Source: Candidatus Nitrospinota bacterium M3_3B_026 (GTDB lineage: Bacteria; Nitrospinota_A; UBA7883; JBPRGF01). From it: a DNA stretch of 64,000 nucleotides. The stretch's first letter is position 1, and the number at the start of each line of letters is the position of its first letter. Both the position numbers and the translations under genes were made by a program. The notes under the pieces are model-generated. The model was not told the origin of the DNA. It searched no databases and worked only from the letters and a program-made list of their open reading frames with translations. Shown piece by piece: positions 31,001-39,990 of the stretch. Location: contig JBPRGF010000018.1 of NCBI GenBank assembly GCA_051418015.1, positions 1-64,000 of the forward strand, in the 5' to 3' direction.

Positions 31001-31165
31001 ACTTTGGCAGGGCGCGCTGGCCGTGGCGCCGGAGGGCTCTGTCAGCGCTCTAGGGTTCATAACCGGTTTACTCCTTTGTCTTAAACACTAACGCCTTGCG
31101 TGAGCGGCCCATTCGAGGCCGCTTGTCCGACACCCAGGAAAACCGGATGCGAATCACTTTTTTTT
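31001..31165 (+). ncRNA. Candidate structured small RNA or leader (family unrecognised)
   Basis: TTGCAT-17-TATAAA promoter at 30965-30993; two multi-stem domains; ends in T8. Confidence 0.45.
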
Positions 31166-31261
31166 GGCCGCGGCGCGGCGGGTCTTGATGACCGGCTCAC
31201 CCGTGGCGGGCCACCGGGCGCTACGGATCACGGCGCGCCCTTTTTCCAGGATTTTAGGAAC

Positions 31262-31474
31262 TTGAAACGAAAGAGAAAACCAGGCAAGAACAAAAAGTCC
31301 GCTCCTCCCGCCAGGAAGGGCAAAGGGCAGCCCCCCAGGGGGAAAACCGCCGTCGAAGAATGGCGCCCCAACGGCTACACCGACAGCAAATACATGGACA
31401 CCCCCAAAATGAGCGTCGAGGAGCGGAAAGCGGCTCAGCTTGCCAAGTGGCGCAAAGAGTTGGGACTCGACTAA
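31262..31474 (+). CDS. Small basic hypothetical protein
   Basis: Lys/Arg-rich ORF; TTG start is inferred. Confidence 0.45.
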   Translation: MKRKRKPGKNKKSAPPARKGKGQPPRGKTAVEEWRPNGYTDSKYMDTPKMSVEERKAAQLAKWRKELGLD

Positions 31475-31484
31475 AGCGCCGGCC

Positions 31485-31955
31485 TTACGGTTTCAGGTAG
31501 ATCCAGCCTTCCAGCTGCCTTTCGGCGATCTCGGCGAGGCCGGCCGTTGCGTAGGAGACGTCTGGCAGCAGGTTTTCCCGCAGGTGGCCGGTGGCGGTCA
31601 GCGTGTTCCCGCAGGCGACGAACTCCACACCGTATATCGTGAAAGACTGTATGCGGTCGGCGAAGGGTGAGCCTTTCATGACCATCCCGATAGCCGGGCC
31701 GTAGACCACGACGGCGATCCTGACGTTGTTCTCATAGAACTTCAGCAGGTTACGGACGTTGTTCAGCACCGTCTGCTGGTGTTTTTCGTCCGGGCTGTTC
31801 ATCTGGATGACGAGCTTTCGCGGGTTTTCGAAAGAGGGCGGAGGCTGCGCGATCGTCCCCTCGTCACCCTCCGCGGCGAAGACGGCCGGGGCGGGGGCGA
31901 ACACGGCCATCGCGGCGATGACGGCCAGGGCTGCGGTTGCTGTGAAGCGGCTCAT
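31485..31955 (-). CDS. Exported DsrE-family protein
   Basis: Signal peptide; LNNVRNL, VVYGPAI, ACGNT, EGWIYLKP. Confidence 0.85.
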   Translation of the reverse strand: MSRFTATAALAVIAAMAVFAPAPAVFAAEGDEGTIAQPPPSFENPRKLVIQMNSPDEKHQQTVLNNVRNLLKFYENNVRIAVVVYGPAIGMVMKGSPFADRIQSFTIYGVEFVACGNTLTATGHLRENLLPDVSYATAGLAEIAERQLEGWIYLKP

Positions 31956-32034
31956 TTTTTACCCCTTGAAAGATTCGAGTGGCTTACCCATTCAGTCTAT
32001 AAAACTTTTGGACGGCTGTCTTCAGCGCCGGGGC

Positions 32035-32074
32035 AAAAAAAATGCCCGGCCGGCGGGGCGGGCCGACCGGGCGT
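32035..32074 (-). terminator. Intrinsic terminator after the decaheme gene
   Basis: GC stem followed by a U-run on the minus strand. Confidence 0.65.
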
Positions 32075-32124
32075 GAGCCATCGGGGAGACAGCTCAACAG
32101 AGGGCATAACGGTGGGTTAAAGCC

Positions 32125-33066
32125 CTAGTCATCGTCATGATCGTCATCATGATCGTCGTCATCATGATCGTCGTCATCGTCATCGTCATCGTCGTATCCG
32201 TCGCTATGGCAGGCGGCGCAGGCGCGGCCATCGGTGTTGTTATGGCTCCAGCGCCAGCTTATCCCGCTGGTGTGGCACCATTCGCACTCGTAACCGCTGT
32301 AATGCTTGCTGTGACAGGAGGAGCACCCGGAGGTGATCCCGCTGTGGCTGAAGGCGGCGGTCTGGCCCCAGCTCGGGTACGAGTGGCAGTTTTCGCATGT
32401 CGTCCCGTAATGGTTGGCCGGAGCGCGGCTCGCATGGCAGCCGGAGCAGCCGGAAGTATAGTTATGAGACCCCGCGCCGCCGCTCAGCGCCCAGGAGCCG
32501 CCGGAATACTGGTGGCAGTTCTCGCACCCGCTGGTCCGGCCGTCGCCTGAGTGGCTTGAAGGGTAGTCTCCCGAGTGGCAGCTTGAGCAGTTCGATGTCA
32601 GCGCCCCGTGGTATTCGCGGTGGTCGACCCGTGTATGGGACGTGAAGCTGTCGGAATAGTGGCACGCGTTGCAACGGGTTCCCGTGTTGTAGTCGGGGTG
32701 CGGCAGTATGGACGTGGACGCGTAGTCGTTGGCGTGGCACTGGTAACATACCTGGTCGTTCGGAACCGAGCGGCCGTTCGTGTAGGCCGCGCTCGTGGTG
32801 TGACAGTCGCCGCACTGGTAGCCTGAGTGAGGCCCGGCAAGATACGAGTCGTGCCAGGATGTGTCCGGCGTCCTCGCTATGCCGCTGAGATCGGAAGGCG
32901 CCTGCGTCGTCCCGCCGTTCGAAGAAGAGGAGGGGGAATCCTCGGCTCCTCCGCCACAGGCCGCGACAAAAAACATGACCGCCAGCGCGGCGCCATACAG
33001 GGCTTTTTTCCTGATCCAGTCTGTCCGCATGATCTTTTTGAAGCTTGAAATTTCCATGTTCCACAT
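32125..33066 (-). CDS. Decaheme cytochrome c lipoprotein with Asp/His-rich tail (start 33066 or 33030)
   Basis: 10 CxxCH motifs; lipobox VAAC; tail DDDDDDDDDHDDDDHDDDHDDD. Confidence 0.88.
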   Translation of the reverse strand: MWNMEISSFKKIMRTDWIRKKALYGAALAVMFFVAACGGGAEDSPSSSSNGGTTQAPSDLSGIARTPDTSWHDSYLAGPHSGYQCGDCHTTSAAYTNGRSVPNDQVCYQCHANDYASTSILPHPDYNTGTRCNACHYSDSFTSHTRVDHREYHGALTSNCSSCHSGDYPSSHSGDGRTSGCENCHQYSGGSWALSGGAGSHNYTSGCSGCHASRAPANHYGTTCENCHSYPSWGQTAAFSHSGITSGCSSCHSKHYSGYECEWCHTSGISWRWSHNNTDGRACAACHSDGYDDDDDDDDDHDDDDHDDDHDDD

Positions 33067-33116
33067 ATGCCTTACCAAACCTCCACCGCTATTCCTCCTC
33101 ATGTCCTGCGTTTAAA

Positions 33117-33310
33117 AGCACACGCTATGCCATTTGTCCACGGCGGGGCCGGCGGGGCCGGCGGCAAAGGATGGGGCCCGGGCAAGTTTTTGATTCTACA
33201 GGCTATTTCTCGGATCTTGGCCAGAGCGCCCGCCGCCGGGCGTATGAAAGGAGATTGCGATCCGGCTCCGCCGAGTGTCCTGATTCAGGTCACACTGTCT
33301 TTATAAAGAC
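33117..33310 (-). promoter_or_regulatory. sigma54 promoter, IHF site and palindromic enhancer candidates
   Basis: TGGCATAGCGTGTGCT (GG-N10-GC) at 33117-33132; AATCAAAAACTTG at 33183-33195; CCTGATTCAGG at 33279-33289; GTCTTTATAAAGAC at 33297-33310. Confidence 0.7.
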
Positions 33311-33364
33311 GGTTTCGCAACTGATTTTCCGCCCCGGGGTTTCCGGGTGTTAATATCTTCTGTT

Positions 33365-34471
33365 ATGAAAAAGATACTGATCCTGGCGCCGCTCGTTCTG
33401 GCCGCGGGCGCGGCGGCTTTCTACCTGAACCGGGAGATGCGCCCGGAGGAGTACGCCGGCAAGACCACGACGGCCATCCGCGGCGATCTTGTGACCGCCG
33501 TCTCCGCCACGGGGACCGTGGAGCCTAATTTCAAGGTGGAGGTGAAGTCCAAAGCCTCCGGCGAGATTTTGAGTTTTCCCTTCGAGCCGGGGGACAAGGT
33601 CTCCGCCGGACAGCAATTGCTGCGGCTCGACCCGGAGACGGAGAAAAGAAACGTCGCCCTGGCCCGCGCCGACCTTGCCCGGGCGGAAGCCGAGCTTGAA
33701 TACGCAAGGGCCACCCTCATGGAGCGCGAGTCCAAGCTGAAGCGTACCCGCAGCCTCCATGAACGCGGCCTGGTCGCCAAAGAGGAGCTGGAAGCCGCCG
33801 AGGCCGCCGCCGCCACGGCCGCCGCCAGGGTCAACGAGGCGTCCGCGGCCCTCCGCAAGGCGGAACTTGCCGTGGAGGACGCCGAGGAGCGGCTTTCGGA
33901 GACCGTCATAAACTCCCCCCTCGACGGCGTCCTGATCGAAAAGAGCGTGGAGAGGGGGCAGATCATCTCCTCCGGCATAACATCCTTCACCGGGGGTACG
34001 ACGCTTTGCGTGCTGGCGGACCTTTCCCTGGTCTTCGTGATGACGCTGGTGGACGAGACGGACATCGGGATGGCGCACGAGGGGCAGGAGGCCAGGATGA
34101 CCGTGGACGCCTACCCGGAGAAAGTTTTTGAAGGAACCGTAAGGCGCATTTACCCCATGGGAGAGATGGAGGACAATATAACCTTTTTCAAGGTGAAGGT
34201 GAAGGCCGGGGCGGACGGGGCGAGGTTTTTGCGCCCCGGCATGACGGCCAACGTGGACCTGATTGTCGATAGCCGAAAAGACGTCCTGATAGTCCCCGAC
34301 GAGACCATCAGAAGAGACGATGACGGGAAGACATACGTCTACGTCCTGGAAAAGGGCCGCCCTTCGCCGCGGAAGGTCACGGTGGGCCTGACGAACGGTT
34401 TCGAGACACAGGTCACGGAAGGGCTTTCCGAGGGGGAGCGGATACTTCTGCGCCCGCCGCCCGCCGCATGA
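33365..34471 (+). CDS. MacA-like periplasmic adaptor (MFP)
   Basis: VSATGTVEP..VEVKSKASG, SPLDG, VDETDIG, LRPGMTANV. Confidence 0.9.
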   Translation: MKKILILAPLVLAAGAAAFYLNREMRPEEYAGKTTTAIRGDLVTAVSATGTVEPNFKVEVKSKASGEILSFPFEPGDKVSAGQQLLRLDPETEKRNVALARADLARAEAELEYARATLMERESKLKRTRSLHERGLVAKEELEAAEAAAATAAARVNEASAALRKAELAVEDAEERLSETVINSPLDGVLIEKSVERGQIISSGITSFTGGTTLCVLADLSLVFVMTLVDETDIGMAHEGQEARMTVDAYPEKVFEGTVRRIYPMGEMEDNITFFKVKVKAGADGARFLRPGMTANVDLIVDSRKDVLIVPDETIRRDDDGKTYVYVLEKGRPSPRKVTVGLTNGFETQVTEGLSEGERILLRPPPAA

Positions 34472-35124
34472 TCGAGATCGCCGATATCCGCAAGGTCTAC
34501 AGGCTCGAAGGCGCCGAGGTGGAGGCGCTCAAGGGGGTGAGCGTCACCATAGAGAAAGGCTCCTTCACGGCGCTGATGGGCCCCTCCGGCTCCGGCAAGT
34601 CCACCCTGATGAACATACTGGGGCTTCTGGACACGCCCACCAGCGGCGCCTATTACCTGAACGGAAAAGATGTCGCCGGGCTCTCCGAGGACGAACTGGC
34701 GGCGATAAGAAACAGGGAGATAGGGTTCGTCTTCCAGAGCCACAACCTCCTGCCCCGCAACACCGTCCTCGAAAACGTTCTCCTGCCGCTCTACTACCGC
34801 GGCGAGGCGGACCCATCGAAAAAGGGGAGGGAGGCCCTCGAGAGAGTGGGGCTGGGAGGGCGGACAAAACATTTCCCCGGCCAGATTTCCGGCGGCGAGT
34901 CCCAGCGGGCCGCCATAGCGAGGGCCATCGTGGGCGGCCCGGGCGTGATCCTGGCCGACGAGCCGACGGGAAACCTGGACACGGCGACGGGGGAGAGGAT
35001 AATCAGCCTCTTAAAAGAACTGAACGATTCCGGCGTTACATTAATAGTGGTGACCCACGACCCGGAGATAGCCTCCCACGCGGGGAGGATATTGAGAATA
35101 CGCGACGGCAGGCTGGAGGAATAG
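34468..35124 (+). CDS. ABC ATP-binding protein (MacB/LolD type)
   Basis: GPSGSGKST, ISGGE, LADEPTGNLD, VTHD. Confidence 0.93.
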   Translation: MIEIADIRKVYRLEGAEVEALKGVSVTIEKGSFTALMGPSGSGKSTLMNILGLLDTPTSGAYYLNGKDVAGLSEDELAAIRNREIGFVFQSHNLLPRNTVLENVLLPLYYRGEADPSKKGREALERVGLGGRTKHFPGQISGGESQRAAIARAIVGGPGVILADEPTGNLDTATGERIISLLKELNDSGVTLIVVTHDPEIASHAGRILRIRDGRLEE

Positions 35125-35155
35125 CGGGTTTTTTGAGAAAGCCGCGAAATTATGA

Positions 35156-35244
35156 TGTCATTCTGAGCGCAGCGAAGAATCTCGATCCGTGACATTCGAT
35201 AAGCCGCGGGACTCTTCGTCGCCTGACGGCTCCTCAGAATGACA
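35156..35244. repeat. REP-like palindrome, copy B
   Basis: TGTCATTCTGAG...CTCAGAATGACA. Confidence 0.75.
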
Positions 35245-35304
35245 TTTCGCGGCTTTTTCGAGCGCCTGACAGGCCGCCGCCACTGTGACCGACTGGAGCG
35301 CCTC

Positions 35305-36501
35305 ATGGAGCACACCGCCGACGCGGAAAAGCTGGCCATAGCGCTGATGACCCTGGGGGCCCTGCTGCTGATCGGGTTCGCCGCGGAGGGGCTCGGCCGC
35401 CGAACGAAGCTTCCCCGGGTCACCCTCATGCTGCTGTTCGGGTTTCTCATCGGCCCTTCGGCTCTCGACCTTTTGCCGGACCTCGGCTCGGAGTGGTTTC
35501 CCGCCGTGGCGGACATGGCGCTGGTGATGATCGGCTTCCTGCTGGGTGAGACCCTGACTGTTGCGTCTCTTAGAAAGCATGGCAGGCTGGTGATGTGGAT
35601 ATCGGGAATGGTCGTTGTCATGACAATGGCGGTGATGGGGCTGGGGCTCGCCGTCATGGGTATGCCGGTGGCGCTTGCGCTCCTTCTGGCCGGGATCGCC
35701 CCCGCCACCGATCCGGCGGCGACGGTGGACGTTATCCATGAGACGGGGTCTGGAAACCGTTTTTCAAAGACTTTGCTTGGGGTCGTGGCCGTGGACGACG
35801 CCTGGGGGCTTATCGCTTTCAGCCTCATGCTGGCCGCGGCGCAGACCTTCGCGGGACTGGAAGGCGGCCTGGACGCCATCGCCGGCGGCGCATGGGACCT
35901 TGCCGGGGCGGTCATGGTCGGGCTTGCGCTGGGGGTACCCATGGCCTATGCCACGGGAAGGGTCCGGCCGGGAGAGCCGACGCTGGCGGAGGCTTTGGGC
36001 CTTGTTTTCCTCTGCGGCGGCGTGGCGCTGTGGCTCGATGTCTCGTTCCTGCTTGCGGCCATGATGATGGGCTCCGCCGTGGCGAACCTGGCGAAGCATC
36101 ACGAGAGGCCCTTTCACGCCATAGAGGGGATCGACTGGCCCTTCATGATCCTTTTTTTCATCCTCGCGGGAGCGTCACTCAAGGCGGAGTCGCTGCTCCA
36201 GGTCGGCGGAGTCGGGCTGGCATATGTCCTCCTGCGGGTAGCGGGACGCATGGCTGGCGCCTGGACAGGCGCCGTTCTGGGCGGCGCGGAGGGTGTTTTC
36301 CGCAAATGGATGGGCGTGGCTCTTCTGCCCCAGGCGGGAGTGGCTATGGGGATGGCGCTGGTGGCGGCGAGACGGTTTCCCGATTTCATGGAGACGATAT
36401 TGCCCGTGGTGATAGGAGCGACAATATTTTTTGAGATTATAGGCCCAGTGTTCACGAGGATCGCCCTGACCAGGGCGGGAGAGAGAAAAAAGAGCGCGTA
36501 A
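35305..36501 (+). CDS. Cation:proton antiporter (CPA family)
   Basis: ATDPAA, VAVDD, PQAGVAMG; about 12 TM segments. Confidence 0.88.
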   Translation: MEHTADAEKLAIALMTLGALLLIGFAAEGLGRRTKLPRVTLMLLFGFLIGPSALDLLPDLGSEWFPAVADMALVMIGFLLGETLTVASLRKHGRLVMWISGMVVVMTMAVMGLGLAVMGMPVALALLLAGIAPATDPAATVDVIHETGSGNRFSKTLLGVVAVDDAWGLIAFSLMLAAAQTFAGLEGGLDAIAGGAWDLAGAVMVGLALGVPMAYATGRVRPGEPTLAEALGLVFLCGGVALWLDVSFLLAAMMMGSAVANLAKHHERPFHAIEGIDWPFMILFFILAGASLKAESLLQVGGVGLAYVLLRVAGRMAGAWTGAVLGGAEGVFRKWMGVALLPQAGVAMGMALVAARRFPDFMETILPVVIGATIFFEIIGPVFTRIALTRAGERKKSA

Positions 36502-36558
36502 TAAAAAAAGGCCGGAGCGCCCTCAAGCCGCCCCGGCCCGGTCCGCCGCGCCCGCGGG

Positions 36559-36729
36559 TCACTTGATTTTCTTGACGATCTTCTCCGCGGTCTTCTTGCT
36601 GTAATAGGCGCACCGGCCCCTCTTCGAGTCCGGCTCTATGCTCGCCGCCTTCGCGGCGTCCTTGAACTTCTTGTCCGACACGTTGAAATGCCTGGCCCAC
36701 TTGGCCGCCGTCATGACCTCTTCAGACAT
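36559..36729 (-). CDS. 56-aa basic HTH-like protein absent from the ORF track
   Basis: MSEEVMTAAKWARHFNVSDKKFKDAAKAASIEPDSKRGRCAYYSKKTAEKIVKKIK*; GGAGGAG RBS; host-like codon usage. Confidence 0.75.
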   Translation of the reverse strand: MSEEVMTAAKWARHFNVSDKKFKDAAKAASIEPDSKRGRCAYYSKKTAEKIVKKIK

Positions 36730-36905
36730 CCGGCAGAGACTCCTCCATTGAAAGTCTGGACTGTGTTCAACCTGATACCAAGTCTACCATAACCCCCCCT
36801 CCCGGCCCCGGCCCGGAAAGCGCCGGGGGGTTTTACCATCCACGCCGGATGTATATAATGTAGGCTCCTGCTGGTCCTATCGATTTTTATCTGAACGGGT
36901 AGATT

Positions 36906-38678
36906 ATGACTTCAAAGACCAAGAAGCCGTATACCATCGTCCGGGACAAGGTGATCCTGGATTTCGCCAGTCTTTACTGCGAGACGCCGGGGAAGCTTTT
37001 GCGAAGCGAGCTTTTCTCCGAGGTTGTGAAAAGGTTCCTGGCCAGGGTGGAGAGGAAGGGCAGCTCCTCCCACGTCTTTATAAAGGACGCTCTGCCGGAC
37101 ATGGACATGGAAGAGAAGACCGCCAGCGTCGTCGGCTTTCTGCGGCTGATATCCGCCTATTCCACCGAGGAGGTCAGCGACATGGCGCCGCAGCACAACT
37201 GCCTCATGGCCGACAGGGTGCGGATGGGCGACTTCGTCCAGGACCTTTACAACTTCTGGCGGCGGCTGGAGCGTTTTATTTACATAGAGTCGGCCCACAG
37301 GACCGAGCACACCGAAAGCGATGTCCATCACGTCCGGTTCATAAAGTACAACGAGGACCTGAAGAACCTGGTGCTTTACGTCTACCGCCGGGTGCTGGAG
37401 AACCTCTCCGGCAAGATTCCCAGGGTGTACCGCCAGTTGCCGGCGGGGGCGAACATGGGCATGATCCTTGAGAAGGCGCCCTGGGACGCGCCCGAAAAGT
37501 ACAAGCCGCTGGCCGACATACCCTTCATCCTGATGACCCTCATCGAGCCTCCGCTCATCCTTTATCCCGGGGCGACGAAGAGGAAGGGGGGTATCGGCGA
37601 GATAAAAGGGCTCGACGTGGAGGCGCTGCGGATCGACCCGGCGGAATGGTTCTGCCTGCCGCTGAAAGTCGGGGAGCTTACGGCGTTCATCTATTTCCAC
37701 CAGGACTTTATCTCGCTGGGCCTTTCCATGAGCAACCTTTTCGAGATGGCCGAGTACGAGGACATAAAAGACAAAAGGCCCGACCTCGCGCTGGTCTTCG
37801 GGGTGAAAGACGGCCTGGGGGACAACCCCACCGTCTTCTACGACGACGCGGAGAACGAGATGATGGTGGGGGTCGTCCGCGGCTCGGAGGAGATGGACTA
37901 CTTCGGCTATTTCAAGAAAATGACCCTCACCCTCCACAACGTGGTGATGATAAAGCGCGGCAGGCTCCCCCTGCATGGCGCCATGGTCTACATCAAGCTC
38001 AAGGAGGGCAAAAGCGCCAACGTCGTCATGGTGGGGGACTCCGGCGCGGGCAAGTCCGAGACGCTGGAGGCGATGCGCTCCCTGGCGGGCGAGCACATCT
38101 GCGAGATGCGGGTGATATTCGACGACATGGGCTCGCTGGGAGTGGACGAGAACGGGCGCGTGGCGGGATACGGCACGGAGACGGGCGCTTTCGTCCGGCT
38201 GGACGACCTGCAGGCGGGCTACGCCTATGAGCAGATCGACCGCAGCATCTTCATGAACCCGGACAAGACCAACGCCCGGCTGATAATACCCATCACCACC
38301 TACCACGACATCATCGACGGCTACCCCGTCGACCTTCTGCTCTACGCCAACAACTACGACCTCGTCGAGGAGGGCAGCCCCACCATCGACTTCTTCTCAA
38401 GCCGCGAGGAGGCCCTCTCCATCTTCCGCAGCGGCGCGCGCCTGGCCAAGGGCACCACCGACGAGAAGGGCCTGACCCACAGCTACTTCGCCAACCCCTT
38501 CGGCGCGCCCCAGCGCAAGGCCGACCACGCCAGGGCGGAGGAGTTCTACTTCAAGAAGATGTTCGAGGACGGCGTGAAGGTGGGGCAGATCAGAACCCGC
38601 CTCGGCGTCGAAGGCTTCGAGCAGGACGGCCCCCGCGCCGCCTCCATGGAGCTTTTCAAGATCATCCAGGGGCTCTAG
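36906..38678 (+). CDS. PEP carboxykinase-like P-loop protein
   Basis: YFGYFKK, LHG, GDSGAGKSET, IFDD, TNAR, YFANPFG. Confidence 0.7.
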   Translation: MTSKTKKPYTIVRDKVILDFASLYCETPGKLLRSELFSEVVKRFLARVERKGSSSHVFIKDALPDMDMEEKTASVVGFLRLISAYSTEEVSDMAPQHNCLMADRVRMGDFVQDLYNFWRRLERFIYIESAHRTEHTESDVHHVRFIKYNEDLKNLVLYVYRRVLENLSGKIPRVYRQLPAGANMGMILEKAPWDAPEKYKPLADIPFILMTLIEPPLILYPGATKRKGGIGEIKGLDVEALRIDPAEWFCLPLKVGELTAFIYFHQDFISLGLSMSNLFEMAEYEDIKDKRPDLALVFGVKDGLGDNPTVFYDDAENEMMVGVVRGSEEMDYFGYFKKMTLTLHNVVMIKRGRLPLHGAMVYIKLKEGKSANVVMVGDSGAGKSETLEAMRSLAGEHICEMRVIFDDMGSLGVDENGRVAGYGTETGAFVRLDDLQAGYAYEQIDRSIFMNPDKTNARLIIPITTYHDIIDGYPVDLLLYANNYDLVEEGSPTIDFFSSREEALSIFRSGARLAKGTTDEKGLTHSYFANPFGAPQRKADHARAEEFYFKKMFEDGVKVGQIRTRLGVEGFEQDGPRAASMELFKIIQGL

Positions 38679-38732
38679 GAAGAGGGGGGAGCGGCTTGCG
38701 TTCCCGAAGGCTTGCCGCTTTAACGGCGAGAC

Positions 38733-38924
38733 ATGAAAATACGCGATATAATCAAGATGATTGAAAAAGACGGATGGTATCGTGTGACGACAAGAGGAAG
38801 CCATAGGCAATACAAGCATCCGGAAAAGAGGGGACGGGTTGCCATCGCGGGACATCCCGGCGATGATGTTGCGCCCGGCACACTGAACAGCGTCCCCAAG
38901 CAGGCCGGTTTGAAAGGCAAATAA
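38733..38924 (+). CDS. hicA: HicA-family toxin
   Basis: DGW...RGSHRQYKHP..GRV.I.GHPG.D..PGTL. Confidence 0.9.
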   Translation: MKIRDIIKMIEKDGWYRVTTRGSHRQYKHPEKRGRVAIAGHPGDDVAPGTLNSVPKQAGLKGK

Positions 38925-38927
38925 ATC

Positions 38928-39137
38928 ATGCGAAAATATTTAATCGTTATTGAAAAGGCGGGTGATAACTACTCCGCCTTTTCGCCGGACCTGCCGGGCT
39001 GTGTCGCGACTGGGAAAACGCCGGAGGAGACGGAGCGCAACATGAAAGAGGCGATCGAGTCTCACCTTCGCGGCATGGAGGAAGACGGGACGCCGATACC
39101 AGAGCCCAGCTCTCTGGCCAAGTATTGCGAGGTCTGA
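38928..39137 (+). CDS. hicB: HicB-family antitoxin (short)
   Basis: YSAFSPDLPGCVATGKT.EE...EAIE.H...G.PIPEP. Confidence 0.9.
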   Translation: MRKYLIVIEKAGDNYSAFSPDLPGCVATGKTPEETERNMKEAIESHLRGMEEDGTPIPEPSSLAKYCEV

Positions 39138-39174
39138 AAAACTCGCCTTTTTCCTTGAGAACAAGATTCCCGAA

Positions 39175-39990
39175 ATGAATTTTCCTCCACCGGGTTGCAT
39201 TGAACCACATGCGGTATTGTTGACCAGGCCACCTGATAATCAATTGTTGTACAAGGTGATGCGGATAGAAGATCTATTAAAGTCTATTTCAAGAAAATAT
39301 CTTCATTTTAATCGCGTGGACAGCTACAAAGATTTCCCTGGAGCGGACAGACATGACGGAGAGCAATTACCGATAGACCAGAACGGCAACAAAAATTCGA
39401 AATTCATAAAATCACCAACGTTCTCGGCTTTTGATTCTTACAATAAAAGCCGCGCCAGAACCTATGCCTGTTGCTTTTCCACGGAGGACACAAATTATAT
39501 CTGGAGCGAATACGGAAATGGCGGAGAAAAAGGGAAAGCATGTCTTGTTTTTGAATTTGGCAAATTACGCTTGAGGTTAAATGAAACTCTACAACCTGGC
39601 AATTCGGCGCTCGAATATAACGGTAAACGTTGCCGCCAAATATTTTCGGTGAATTACGGTTGCGTCGAATATGTGGGTAGGAAAACATTCCAGGCAAATA
39701 CAGATAAACTGCCAAATCCGATAAAGTACACATATTTCAAAGACAAGGAATATGAGAAAGATAAGGAATTGCGGATTTCATTGTCGACCATAGCTATAGG
39801 CAAATTCGTACTAAACGAGGGCAGTGAGATGGAATTCCCCCCACATTTGCAAGTCGCGTTTGATTTCAAAGCGGCAATAGAGGATGGCACGAGTCCGCAA
39901 CTTTTAGTTTCCAAAGATTGTGATTTGGATTTCCTTCATTTCGAATTGAAGCGGTTAGGGGTGGACCCCGATGTTTGGACAGGATGTTAA
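39175..39990 (+). CDS. AT-rich hypothetical protein, DUF2971-like
   Basis: LYK...YACCFS....YIWSEYG....ACLVF...VEY...FKDKEYEKDKELRI. Confidence 0.55.
   Translation: MNFPPPGCIEPHAVLLTRPPDNQLLYKVMRIEDLLKSISRKYLHFNRVDSYKDFPGADRHDGEQLPIDQNGNKNSKFIKSPTFSAFDSYNKSRARTYACCFSTEDTNYIWSEYGNGGEKGKACLVFEFGKLRLRLNETLQPGNSALEYNGKRCRQIFSVNYGCVEYVGRKTFQANTDKLPNPIKYTYFKDKEYEKDKELRISLSTIAIGKFVLNEGSEMEFPPHLQVAFDFKAAIEDGTSPQLLVSKDCDLDFLHFELKRLGVDPDVWTGC

Noticed and set aside
32128..32195. GAT/GAC tandem repeat as a CRISPR or VNTR locus
   Set aside because: It encodes the Asp/His tail of the cytochrome; no CRISPR array or cas gene is seen in the window.
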